In this document: positions 29,362-37,902 of the stretch, piece after piece
How positions within the stretch are numbered: position 1 is the stretch's first letter
Layout: each line of letters begins with the position of its first letter
NCBI GenBank assembly: GCA_965216395.1
Contig: OZ244156.1
Span: 328,765 to 392,764 of the forward strand
DNA length: 64,000 bases
Direction of reading: 5' to 3'
DNA from: Alphaproteobacteria bacterium
GTDB lineage: Bacteria; Pseudomonadota; Alphaproteobacteria; Micavibrionales; SZUA-601
Made by a program: the position numbers and the translations under genes
The notes under the pieces: generated by a model
Told to the model about the DNA's origin: nothing
What the model saw: the letters and a program-made list of their open reading frames with translations, nothing else
Databases searched by the model: none

Positions 29362-29742
29362 TTGTCAGAACTTGTCGAATTTGAATATGAACAAAACTGT
29401 TTAAAGCTTTTGGATAAAAAGAAAACGCAACACAATGAAGCTGTTGCTATGCTTTTTATGAGGAATTCGCTACTCATATTAGGTGGTTTTTACTTTTTAA
29501 ATGAGCCCTTGTTAGAATTGTCGCAAGAGATTACGGATTATGTAGCGCCTAATTCAGGTTGGACCTATGGTTCTGTTCTCTGTGCAACAACAATGCTTTT
29601 AGTCACCGCTGTTAGCACAGTTTGTGCGTTTAAATACGGCCGAAAAATAGAAAATCAAGAATATCAAGAAAATATGCAAGCGCTTCATCACGCTTTCAAT
29701 AAAAATGACCACAAATCTAAAAATGGATGCTTACTAAAATGA
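29362..29742 (+). CDS. Hypothetical membrane protein
   Basis: 126 aa with a non-ATG (TTG) start. Two hydrophobic segments (LLILGGFYFL; VLCATTMLLVTAVSTVCAF). Overlaps the next gene by 16 nt. Confidence 0.35.
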   Translation: MSELVEFEYEQNCLKLLDKKKTQHNEAVAMLFMRNSLLILGGFYFLNEPLLELSQEITDYVAPNSGWTYGSVLCATTMLLVTAVSTVCAFKYGRKIENQEYQENMQALHHAFNKNDHKSKNGCLLK

Positions 29743-30587
29743 CAAATATAGAAATAAAGACGTTGAATGATGTAACAAGCTATATTGAAGGGATTCAAGA
29801 TCCACTTCGTGAATATATGGTTTTACAAGGTGAGTATCTTAGAGATGAAATAGAGAAGTATAAATCTCTGGCTAATAAAACAAGTGATACACCTCTTGAT
29901 CATATTGTCCGTAATAAACATAGCCATGCAACGCATGCTATCAGTTATGCTGAAACAACTAATATGAAACCGGAGATTCAATTTTTAGATGAGATACTAA
30001 AAAGTAAAGATTTTGTCGATGCGGTGCAATCGGCCTGTGCGTTTTATTTATGTGAAGAACCGATTGATATTGTTGAAATGAGTGATGATGAAAAAGGTAT
30101 TTATCAGGATTTAGTAAAAGACAAAGACAATTACCAAGAGTCTCTGCAGTATTTAGAAACGGTAAAACAAAATAAGAAAAAATTTATGCAGCGCACTGGG
30201 ACTACTATGTGTGTTTCTGTTCTTTTTACTGGTTTGGTTTTAGGTATTACCTATTTTAACGATATCATCGAAAATTTAAAAGAATCAGATAAGCCAGAAA
30301 ATGGACCTTTAGTATTAATGGTGGGAATGGTTTTTACAACGCTAGCTATTGTGGGAGTTTCTAAAGTTATATCTCATTTGGCTTATAAAGACAAAATTGC
30401 TGAGGCCAAAGAAAACAGCGCTGATTTAGGCCAAAAATGGCAACAAAGAGAACCAAAATATAATACCCTTCGTGATCAGGAAAAGTTTATTCAAAAACAG
30501 CATAAAGAAAATCAAAAGTTATTTGCAAGGCAGGAACGTGCTCAACAGGTTTCCTTAGCTTTGAACACGAATCCAAAAATTTCATAG
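29727..30587 (+). CDS. Hypothetical membrane protein
   Basis: 286 aa. Soluble N-terminal half, two TM segments (MCVSVLFTGLVLGITYF; LVLMVGMVFTTLAIVGV) and a K/Q/E-rich tail. Confidence 0.4.
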   Translation: MLTKMTNIEIKTLNDVTSYIEGIQDPLREYMVLQGEYLRDEIEKYKSLANKTSDTPLDHIVRNKHSHATHAISYAETTNMKPEIQFLDEILKSKDFVDAVQSACAFYLCEEPIDIVEMSDDEKGIYQDLVKDKDNYQESLQYLETVKQNKKKFMQRTGTTMCVSVLFTGLVLGITYFNDIIENLKESDKPENGPLVLMVGMVFTTLAIVGVSKVISHLAYKDKIAEAKENSADLGQKWQQREPKYNTLRDQEKFIQKQHKENQKLFARQERAQQVSLALNTNPKIS

Positions 30588-31580
30588 CAGACCAAAGATT
30601 TTCGGCATATAGGTCCCCGCATAGGTGATAATATGCCCGCCTGTTCCGATCTTAAAACGGGTCAGCCCGGGAAGATCTTTATTATTAATGCCCCCTAAAT
30701 CCAGATAGCGGATACCGCGTTCTTTAAGTGTTAACATCGCACGCCATAATAAAAGGTTATGCGCGTTATATTGGCGTCCCGTATCATTTGACCATCCGAT
30801 GTGATAGGTTGCGCTATTCCCATGGATGAGGAACATCATACCAGCGATCCGCTCTTTTTTGAGATCAGCGCCTAATGTAAGAATAGGCTGATTATTCGGG
30901 GCGTTTTTAATAAACTGTGTTACGAAATCACTGGGCAGGGACCAATAGCGTCTTTCACGCCGTTGTGTTTTTTCCGCGTCAATCAGCCACTGGTACTGAT
31001 CGGGGCTCTTACCGTATTTTTTGACAGTGATCGGGCTTTTTTCAGCCCGCACCAAAGCGTTGCGCCATTTGCCCTTTAATTGTTGGCGAAGTTTTTCTTG
31101 GGATAAGGATAAGTCAAGCCATATGGTAGAGGCACCGGTAATAACACGCCGATATTTTAGTATTTTATTATGGGGCAGATTGGTTAAATTTGATTCTAAA
31201 ATAAATAGATGTCGTTTGATTGGGTGATGATTTTTAATAAAATTAAGCACGGTTATTTTTTGATCATATGACAGATCTTTAAGCCATATTGGGCCTTTAA
31301 AACAGGCTAAAACCGGTATAAAATTTAGTAAACGATATTGAAAAAATTGGCATAGGGCGATGATATCGGTGTCTTTTTTTATAATGGCTTGGTATGTTGT
31401 GGCGTGGTAATCCATGAACGCCACACCATAAGCATGCGCTTGTTGCAAGGCGACGGGTTCAACGGATTTTTTAAGATCATCGTTCCAATTTTTACCTGTA
31501 ACAGGGTTGGTATCTATTTTATTCCATGTCATAGTAAATGTCATGAAAGTTAGAAAACAACAATCTGGTAAATCCGTCAA
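30582..31580 (-). CDS. FemAB-like / GNAT-fold (PF13480-type) acyltransferase
   Basis: ...ATYHIGWSNDTGRQYNAHNLLLWRAMLTLKERGIRYLDLGG is typical of FemX/BioF2-like acetyltransferase-domain proteins. The true start may be at internal Met 31544 or 31532. Confidence 0.5.
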   Translation of the reverse strand: MTDLPDCCFLTFMTFTMTWNKIDTNPVTGKNWNDDLKKSVEPVALQQAHAYGVAFMDYHATTYQAIIKKDTDIIALCQFFQYRLLNFIPVLACFKGPIWLKDLSYDQKITVLNFIKNHHPIKRHLFILESNLTNLPHNKILKYRRVITGASTIWLDLSLSQEKLRQQLKGKWRNALVRAEKSPITVKKYGKSPDQYQWLIDAEKTQRRERRYWSLPSDFVTQFIKNAPNNQPILTLGADLKKERIAGMMFLIHGNSATYHIGWSNDTGRQYNAHNLLLWRAMLTLKERGIRYLDLGGINNKDLPGLTRFKIGTGGHIITYAGTYMPKIFGLL

Positions 31581-31742
31581 GACACTTGATCTAACCCCCC
31601 CTCAATTAACAAAATGGGGGGCGATTTATGTATTGATATATGCTGGCTTACCGATTATCAGTATTTTACTTATAATCGATGTCGTGTTGTATTTGTATTT
31701 CAAATTTGTTCTGCATACATGTTACGGTATTTTGTGTTGGTT

Positions 31743-34070
31743 TTAATTGAACGTATTTTTCAAACGCTCTATTTCAGAGCCAATCGCAGCGTATTCTTCT
31801 AAGGTTTTTTCAATTAAATCTGTTGATACATCCCCCGCATGTGCCGCATCTTGAACATCCTCTGCGGCATTCCCTAAACGTGGACAACAGGCCGATCGTG
31901 CGCCCCCTTTAAGTGAATGTGCTAAACCATATAATTTTTTAATATCACCATTTTTATGAGCGTTCTCTAAATCATGGATCTGGTCTTTCGTCATATCAAT
32001 AAACATTTGAATCATTTCAAGTGCATTATGATCATATTGACCAATTTGTTGTTCAATCATTTGAGGGTCAATGATCAGGGTTTGATCATCATCTTTATGA
32101 TTTTGAACCGCTTGATTAGGATTGCCAGTGTTTACGTTGGCTTGATTTTTATTGTCTTTAAGCAAACCCCAACGAATAAGAAGCTGTCGCATTTGTCCTA
32201 AACTCACAGGTTTAAGTAAACATTCGTCAAAGCCATATTTTAGATAACTTTGTTGATGAACAAGTTGAACATCAGCCGTCATGGCAATAACGGGCATATG
32301 TTGATCTGTGTCTTTTTCTTTGTCACGGATGGCTTTCACCAAACCGTATCCATCCATTTCAGGCATGTGTAGATCGGTAATTAAAATACCATGTTCTTCT
32401 TTTTGTAAGATATCCCAGCCAATCTGGCCATTATTGGCAAAATCAGCCTCAATCCCAAGATTTTCTAACTGGCGTCTTACAACGTCTTGAACAGTTTCGT
32501 TATCTTCACAGACCAGTAAACGTTTTGGGCCCATAAGGTCAAAACTATCTGTTTGAATGGCTGCAGCCTTAACTGCTTCGCCCAAGCCCAAACGGCTGGC
32601 TGGTTTTGAGAGATATTTACCGCCTAAAAATTTACAAACCTGTTGAATGGAATAATCATCATGCACCGTATAGAGGATCAATCCCATAAAGGGGCGTGCC
32701 TTATTCATTTCCTTAAGCAGTTCAGCCCCCCAGCCATCGGGTAAACCGTGATCGACAATTGCGACATCAAAAGGGCGGGCTAAAAATAATTCTCGTGCGT
32801 CTTGGCATGTTTTAACACTGGTGACATGTGCGCCCATTGATTGGAGAGAAGATTGAATTTCTTTAGCACCACGAGGATGATCTTCAACACTTAAAATCGC
32901 TAAACCATGAAGATCAGGCAATTCGACATCTTGCTTTTCATTAGCTTCGGTTGTAGGAATTTCAAACCAGAATGTCGATCCAACCCCTTCTTGGCTTGTG
33001 ACACCAATTTTACCATGCATCAGCTCAATCAAGCGTTGTGCAATAGATAATCCTAAACCTGTGCCGCCAAAGCGCCGTGTGGTCGAGTTATCCGCTTGGG
33101 TAAAAGGCTTAAAAAGCTTAGTTGCGACAGAATCAGACATGCCAATACCTGTATCAGTGACTTCAAAGCGTAAAGCCAAACCATCATCGGGGACAGGGAT
33201 GTGTTGTGCATTAACACCAATTTTAACTGTGATTCCCCCCTTTTCAGTAAATTTAAGGCCATTACCGATTAAATTAATCAAGATTTGTCTTAAACGTTTG
33301 GGGTCACCCATGACCACAAAGGGCACATTGTCATCAATTTCCGCTTTTAAATAAAGGTCATTCTCAATTTTCTTGACCTCCATGGCTTCAATAATCCCAT
33401 AGGTTAATGTGCGCAAGGGTACTTCAAAATGATCTAATTCCATTTTTCCTGCATCGACTTTGGCTAGATCCAAAATATCATCAAGAATTTCTAACAAACC
33501 ATTGGCTGATCCTTTGGCGATATTGATCATTTCATTAAGTTTGTCAGAAGGGTTTTCTTCACTCATTAATTCCAGCATACCGAAGATGGATTGCATCGGC
33601 GTACGGATTTCATGGCTCATTGTTGCAAGGAATGATGACTTTGCCTCAGCCGCAGCATCGGCAAGCGCTGCTTCTTTTTGGGCGGCACGCTCACTTTTTT
33701 TACTATTTGTAACGTCATTAATCCATATGAAATGAGCCGTTTCATTGATAATTTCTGTCGGTTGTGCCCGAATTTCGAGCCAAGAATCCTCATCTTGATT
33801 AAGTCGCGTGACAATGCTTCTGCTTTCATGAGCTCTCTGAGGAAGGGGGATCAGCGTTTCACCTTCTTCATTGGTACATAAAATTTCAATCATCTGGAGC
33901 AAATCAGGTTGCCCACTGATGTCACTGGATAATAATTTGATCAAAGATGGATTAGCGTATACAAGAGATGCATTGGTAAATCGGCCATCTGCTGTGCCTA
34001 AGATAACAGCCACACCAATCGGGCTATTATTAAAAATAGTGTAAAAGCTTTCTGGTAGACTGGCTGACAC
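31743..34070 (-). CDS. Hybrid sensor histidine kinase (PAS-HisKA-HATPase-REC-REC-HPt)
   Basis: GTG start. H-box ATMSHEIRTPM, G-boxes DTGIGM and GGTGLGLSI, a receiver with ILITDLHMPEMDG, and C-terminal HPt (LAHSLKGGARS). Confidence 0.9.
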   Translation of the reverse strand: MSASLPESFYTIFNNSPIGVAVILGTADGRFTNASLVYANPSLIKLLSSDISGQPDLLQMIEILCTNEEGETLIPLPQRAHESRSIVTRLNQDEDSWLEIRAQPTEIINETAHFIWINDVTNSKKSERAAQKEAALADAAAEAKSSFLATMSHEIRTPMQSIFGMLELMSEENPSDKLNEMINIAKGSANGLLEILDDILDLAKVDAGKMELDHFEVPLRTLTYGIIEAMEVKKIENDLYLKAEIDDNVPFVVMGDPKRLRQILINLIGNGLKFTEKGGITVKIGVNAQHIPVPDDGLALRFEVTDTGIGMSDSVATKLFKPFTQADNSTTRRFGGTGLGLSIAQRLIELMHGKIGVTSQEGVGSTFWFEIPTTEANEKQDVELPDLHGLAILSVEDHPRGAKEIQSSLQSMGAHVTSVKTCQDARELFLARPFDVAIVDHGLPDGWGAELLKEMNKARPFMGLILYTVHDDYSIQQVCKFLGGKYLSKPASRLGLGEAVKAAAIQTDSFDLMGPKRLLVCEDNETVQDVVRRQLENLGIEADFANNGQIGWDILQKEEHGILITDLHMPEMDGYGLVKAIRDKEKDTDQHMPVIAMTADVQLVHQQSYLKYGFDECLLKPVSLGQMRQLLIRWGLLKDNKNQANVNTGNPNQAVQNHKDDDQTLIIDPQMIEQQIGQYDHNALEMIQMFIDMTKDQIHDLENAHKNGDIKKLYGLAHSLKGGARSACCPRLGNAAEDVQDAAHAGDVSTDLIEKTLEEYAAIGSEIERLKNTFN

Positions 34071-34194
34071 GAATTAAATCCAATCAATAACAATAATAAT
34101 TTATGATCTTATTTTGATGATATAAATAAAGCCTTAACCAATACTTAGGATAATATAGGGCGGTTGTTTTTTTACTATTTTGGTATGTTTTTTC

Positions 34195-34830
34195 ATGAAA
34201 ATAAGGTTTTGCTTTCTGGCGATTATGATGGCGTTTTTCGCACCTGTACAGATGTTAAATGCGCAACAAGCCATTCCACAAAGTGTTTCTGAAATGAATG
34301 CTTTGTCTAAGCCAAAATCTGAAAGAATATACGAACCTACAAAGTCCCTACAAGTACCGGCTGTAAAGCATAAAATTAAGGTTGAGACAAAGACGATCCG
34401 TGTTTCGCCGAGTGAATCAAAAACAGTGTCATTATCGCGTGATGCGTCAACGGTTATTGTAGCTAACCCGATGCATGCAACTGTTTTCTTAGATACGCCA
34501 CGTCAATTAGTCATCATGCCGCGCGCGCCTGGTGCTACCCAAGTTAAAGTTTTGGATGATAAAGGGCACGTAATATTTGATAAAGGCGTATTGGTTGATG
34601 GGGCTAGTGATAACCATTTACGCATTCGTCGTATTTGTCATGGTGGAGATGAATGTGAACCGCAAACAATTTATTATTGTCCAGAGGGCAATTGCGCTGC
34701 AATATCTGTGCAAGAGGCACGGGCTATGCCAACTTATTCAGCAGCGCCCACTATAGAGAGACAGCAAATCTCAAAAAATCCAGATGAAAAACTTGCGGAT
34801 CCAGATGAAACTTTGGGAGGGGATTCGTGA
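34195..34830 (+). CDS. Secreted protein with pilus-formation N-terminal (CpaC-N/T2SS-T3SS_pil_N-like) domain
   Basis: Signal peptide MKIRFCFLAIMMAFFAPVQMLNA, then ...IRVSPSESKTVSLSRDASTVIVANPMHATVFLDTPRQLVIMPRAPGATQVKVLD. The track ORF starts at TTG 34180. Confidence 0.55.
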   Translation: MKIRFCFLAIMMAFFAPVQMLNAQQAIPQSVSEMNALSKPKSERIYEPTKSLQVPAVKHKIKVETKTIRVSPSESKTVSLSRDASTVIVANPMHATVFLDTPRQLVIMPRAPGATQVKVLDDKGHVIFDKGVLVDGASDNHLRIRRICHGGDECEPQTIYYCPEGNCAAISVQEARAMPTYSAAPTIERQQISKNPDEKLADPDETLGGDS

Positions 34831-35597
34831 TCAAAAAATATAGTTTTCTCATAACTCTTTCTTTTTTAATCATGGGGTGCACGCCTCATGGTTTAACGAC
34901 ACCTTATTCGAAAAAAGACTCAGCACTTGCTTTAAAAGAGGCATCACGTCAAGCCAGCATTGCTAAAACACCACAACAGGCGCTTAGCTATTATGAAACA
35001 GTGTATAATAAAAATCGTGGTGATCAGATGGTGGCCTATTCTTATGCGAAAGCGCTCAGAGGGGCAGGTTTCTATGACCGTGCAGTGCGTGTTTTAGATT
35101 CTCATTACATGGCGCGTGATGTGTCACAGGAAACAATTTTTGAATATATTAAAAATCATATCGCTGCGGCACGTTTTCAAGAGGCACAGACATTGTTGCA
35201 AAAAAGAATCGATATAGAAACTTCTCAGCTGAAAAAACAAATTATGCAACAATATCTGCAAGATGTTAAACAAGCACGTCTTGAAAGAACGATTGAGCCG
35301 GATCGCCCTGATTTTTCACAGATTGTTGTACATCCGGAATATCATCACCTTTTAGGGGTTGTTTATGATGCGCAAGGGCGTTTCTCTGAAGCTGAGAGGC
35401 AATTTAGAAAAGCCTTATCTGTAAATATAGCAAATGAAGCGGTTGTGAAAAATAACCTTGCCCTATCTTTGGCTCATCAAGGCCAAATAAAAGAGGCGAT
35501 GCAACTGGTTTCACAGGCTTTTATTTTAAATCCAGAACGGCCAGAAATTGCCCAAAATCTTGAATTGATTACGCGCTTATACCAAGAAAAAACATAA
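34827..35597 (+). CDS. TPR-repeat lipoprotein (TadD-like)
   Basis: GTG start preceded by GGAGGGG. Lipobox LIMGC. TPR-like helical repeats (YYETVY..., HHLLGVVYDAQGRFSEAERQFRKAL). Confidence 0.55.
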   Translation: MIKKYSFLITLSFLIMGCTPHGLTTPYSKKDSALALKEASRQASIAKTPQQALSYYETVYNKNRGDQMVAYSYAKALRGAGFYDRAVRVLDSHYMARDVSQETIFEYIKNHIAAARFQEAQTLLQKRIDIETSQLKKQIMQQYLQDVKQARLERTIEPDRPDFSQIVVHPEYHHLLGVVYDAQGRFSEAERQFRKALSVNIANEAVVKNNLALSLAHQGQIKEAMQLVSQAFILNPERPEIAQNLELITRLYQEKT

Positions 35598-35709
35598 TTT
35601 TTATTTTTTGCTTATATCGATTCACTGAATCTTAAGGGGTATCAAGCGATGATGCTATATTCATTCGTTTATAAAAACTAAGTTAATCGAGATAAAGAGT
35701 TTATTTTTC

Positions 35710-36072
35710 ATGCCTAAGACCATATTGATCGTCGAAGATAACGAATTAAATATGAAATTATTTCAAGATTTGTTAGAAGCTCATGGTTATGAGACAATTC
35801 AAACGCGTAATGGTAAAGATGCTTTTGCCATGGCAAAACAGGAAAAACCAAATCTTATTTTGATGGATATTCAATTACCAGAAGTTTCCGGCTTGGAAGT
35901 GACAAAATGGATCAAAGATGATGAGAATATTAAACATATCCCTGTCATTGCTGTTACAGCTTTTGCGATGAAGGGGGATGAGCAAAAAATCCTTGATGGC
36001 GGATGTGAAGATTATATCGCCAAACCCATTTCAGTGGCTAATTTTTTAGATACGGTACAGAAATACCTGTAA
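35710..36072 (+). CDS. divK: Single-domain response regulator DivK
   Basis: 120-aa receiver: [13 protein letters not shown]...[13 protein letters not shown]...[10 protein letters not shown]...YIAKPI. It lies directly upstream of pleD, as in other alphaproteobacteria. Confidence 0.85.
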   Translation: MPKTILIVEDNELNMKLFQDLLEAHGYETIQTRNGKDAFAMAKQEKPNLILMDIQLPEVSGLEVTKWIKDDENIKHIPVIAVTAFAMKGDEQKILDGGCEDYIAKPISVANFLDTVQKYL

Positions 36073-36111
36073 AGTAATCCAATATAATTAAAGACAATAA
36101 GGAGTGTCTCT

Positions 36112-37548
36112 ATGACAGCAAAAATTTTGGTGGTTGATGACATTGCCCCCAATGTGAAGCTTTTGGAGGCCAAATTAACACGTGAATTTTTTAATGTCAT
36201 CACGGCAATGAGTGGTGAAGAGGCCCTTGAAAAAACCCATGAACATAAACCAGATGTGATATTGCTGGATATTATGATGCCAGGTATGGATGGTTTTGAA
36301 GTATGTCGTCGATTAAAAGCAGACCCAGAAACCATGCATATCCCCGTCGTTATGGTGACGGCGTTAACAGATGTGACTGATCGTGTGCGTGGCTTAGAAG
36401 TTGGCGCGGATGATTTTTTAAGTAAACCTGTTAATGATATTGCGCTTATGTCGCGTATTCGTTCACTTGTGCGTTTGAAAATGACAATTGATGAATGGCG
36501 TTTGCGTGAGTCAACGGCTACATCTTTTGGTGTTTTACAGCCTGATTCGATGTTGATGGATGAAAAAACCAGTGATGCAGATATTTTGCTGATTGAAGAT
36601 AAAGCCCAAGAAGCACAAAAAATTATTGAAACATTACAAAGAGATAACCACCAAGTCACCGTTGTTCAAGATGGACAACATGCGCTCAAACTTTGCCAAC
36701 AAAAACAATATGAGTTGATTTTGGTTAATCTTAATCTTGAAAGCGAAGATGGTTTACGTCTTTGCTCACATTTGCGTTTAAACGGCATTACTAAACGGGT
36801 GCCCATCATCATGCTTTCACAACAAGAAGACATGACACGTATCGCTGCAGGGCTTGAATTTACTGGAGCGCATGATTATATTTTGCGCCCGATTGACCGC
36901 AATGAGTTGCGCGCCCGTGTTAAGACACAAATCCGTCGTCGGCGTTACCAAAAACGTTTGAAGAAAAATTACGAAGACAGCATATCTATGTCTTTAACAG
37001 ATCCGCTCACAGGATTGTTTAATCGTCGTTATTTGATGGCGCATATGCAAAAAATGTTGGATGAAGCCCGTGAAACAAAAAGGCCTTTATGTATTTTGAT
37101 GTTTGATATTGATCATTTTAAAAATGTGAATGACACTTATGGTCATGGTGTTGGCGATGAAGTGCTGATTGAGTTTTCAAAACGGTTGGGTGCTAATCTT
37201 CGTTCTTTTGATATGGCGGCGCGTTTGGGCGGGGAAGAATTTGTTATCTTACTTCCAAATGTTCATCGTGATGTTGCTTTTGAAATTGCATATCGTTTGC
37301 GTCGCTTAATCGCGGATGAGCCCTTCGCAGTTTCCGCACCAGAGGGACAAATATCCATTACAACCTCTATTGGGGGTTTGATTCTGGATGATGGTGAAGA
37401 TGATGCTGAGCGCGCCATTGATCGTGTTGATAAATGCCTCTATCAAGCAAAAGATTCAGGGCGTGATTGTATCTATTTTGAAAAACTCGGGCTTATTTCA
37501 CAAGCCAATGTTATGGCTGTCAGTAAAGAAAGTCCGCTTAAGGACTAG
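36112..37548 (+). CDS. pleD: Response regulator / diguanylate cyclase PleD (REC-REC-GGDEF)
   Basis: Two receiver domains followed by GGDEF (RLGGEEFVILLP). Confidence 0.88.
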   Translation: MTAKILVVDDIAPNVKLLEAKLTREFFNVITAMSGEEALEKTHEHKPDVILLDIMMPGMDGFEVCRRLKADPETMHIPVVMVTALTDVTDRVRGLEVGADDFLSKPVNDIALMSRIRSLVRLKMTIDEWRLRESTATSFGVLQPDSMLMDEKTSDADILLIEDKAQEAQKIIETLQRDNHQVTVVQDGQHALKLCQQKQYELILVNLNLESEDGLRLCSHLRLNGITKRVPIIMLSQQEDMTRIAAGLEFTGAHDYILRPIDRNELRARVKTQIRRRRYQKRLKKNYEDSISMSLTDPLTGLFNRRYLMAHMQKMLDEARETKRPLCILMFDIDHFKNVNDTYGHGVGDEVLIEFSKRLGANLRSFDMAARLGGEEFVILLPNVHRDVAFEIAYRLRRLIADEPFAVSAPEGQISITTSIGGLILDDGEDDAERAIDRVDKCLYQAKDSGRDCIYFEKLGLISQANVMAVSKESPLKD

Positions 37549-37552
37549 GCAA

Positions 37553-37582
37553 GAAAAAAGCTCCCAATAGGAGCTTTTTTTT
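37553..37582. terminator. Bidirectional rho-independent terminator (pleD / rpmG)
   Basis: AAAAAAGCTCC-CAATA-GGAGCTTTTTTTT sits between convergent genes. Confidence 0.7.
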
Positions 37583-37633
37583 AATCTTTTATGAACTTGT
37601 AGGACTAAAAGATTTATTCTAATTTTTTTAATC

Positions 37634-37831
37634 CTACTTAAATTTGTTCTTCTTTTCTTCGAAAAGGACATGCGCACCAGGTTTGCCCGTTTTTTCGTTG
37701 ATCGCACGTGGATCGTATTTTTTCTTTTTCAGTTTTTCAACTGTGTTGCGTGGGTTACGTTGGGTTAGGTAGTAATATCCAGTACCAGCACTGCTTTCAA
37801 GTTTAACAAGTGTTTGTGTTCTTTTAGCCAT
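37634..37831 (-). CDS. rpmG: 50S ribosomal protein L33 (with a roughly 10-residue internal insertion)
   Basis: [41 protein letters not shown]...HVLFEE.K matches L33. It is 65 aa, against the usual length of about 55. Confidence 0.85.
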   Translation of the reverse strand: MAKRTQTLVKLESSAGTGYYYLTQRNPRNTVEKLKKKKYDPRAINEKTGKPGAHVLFEEKKNKFK

Positions 37832-37902
37832 TGTTATAATTCCATTTAAAAAATAAATCTGCAGAGCAAGAACATAGTCTTTTTTTTGTCTGAGTCAAGG
37901 AA

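Noticed and set aside
31507-31746. 79-aa plus-strand hydrophobic ORF between the FemAB-like gene and the hybrid kinase
   Set aside because: Its 5' part overlaps the divergent FemAB-like start region, there is no SD, and the spacer is AT-rich so hydrophobic ORFs arise by chance. It could still be a real small membrane protein from ATG 31543, but support is insufficient.
36012-36659. 215-aa minus-strand ORF, the longest unannotated ORF in the track
   Set aside because: It lies entirely antisense to divK 3' / pleD 5', which have unmistakable receiver-domain homology. Its product is Ser/Ile/Thr-rich low complexity, typical of a shadow ORF.
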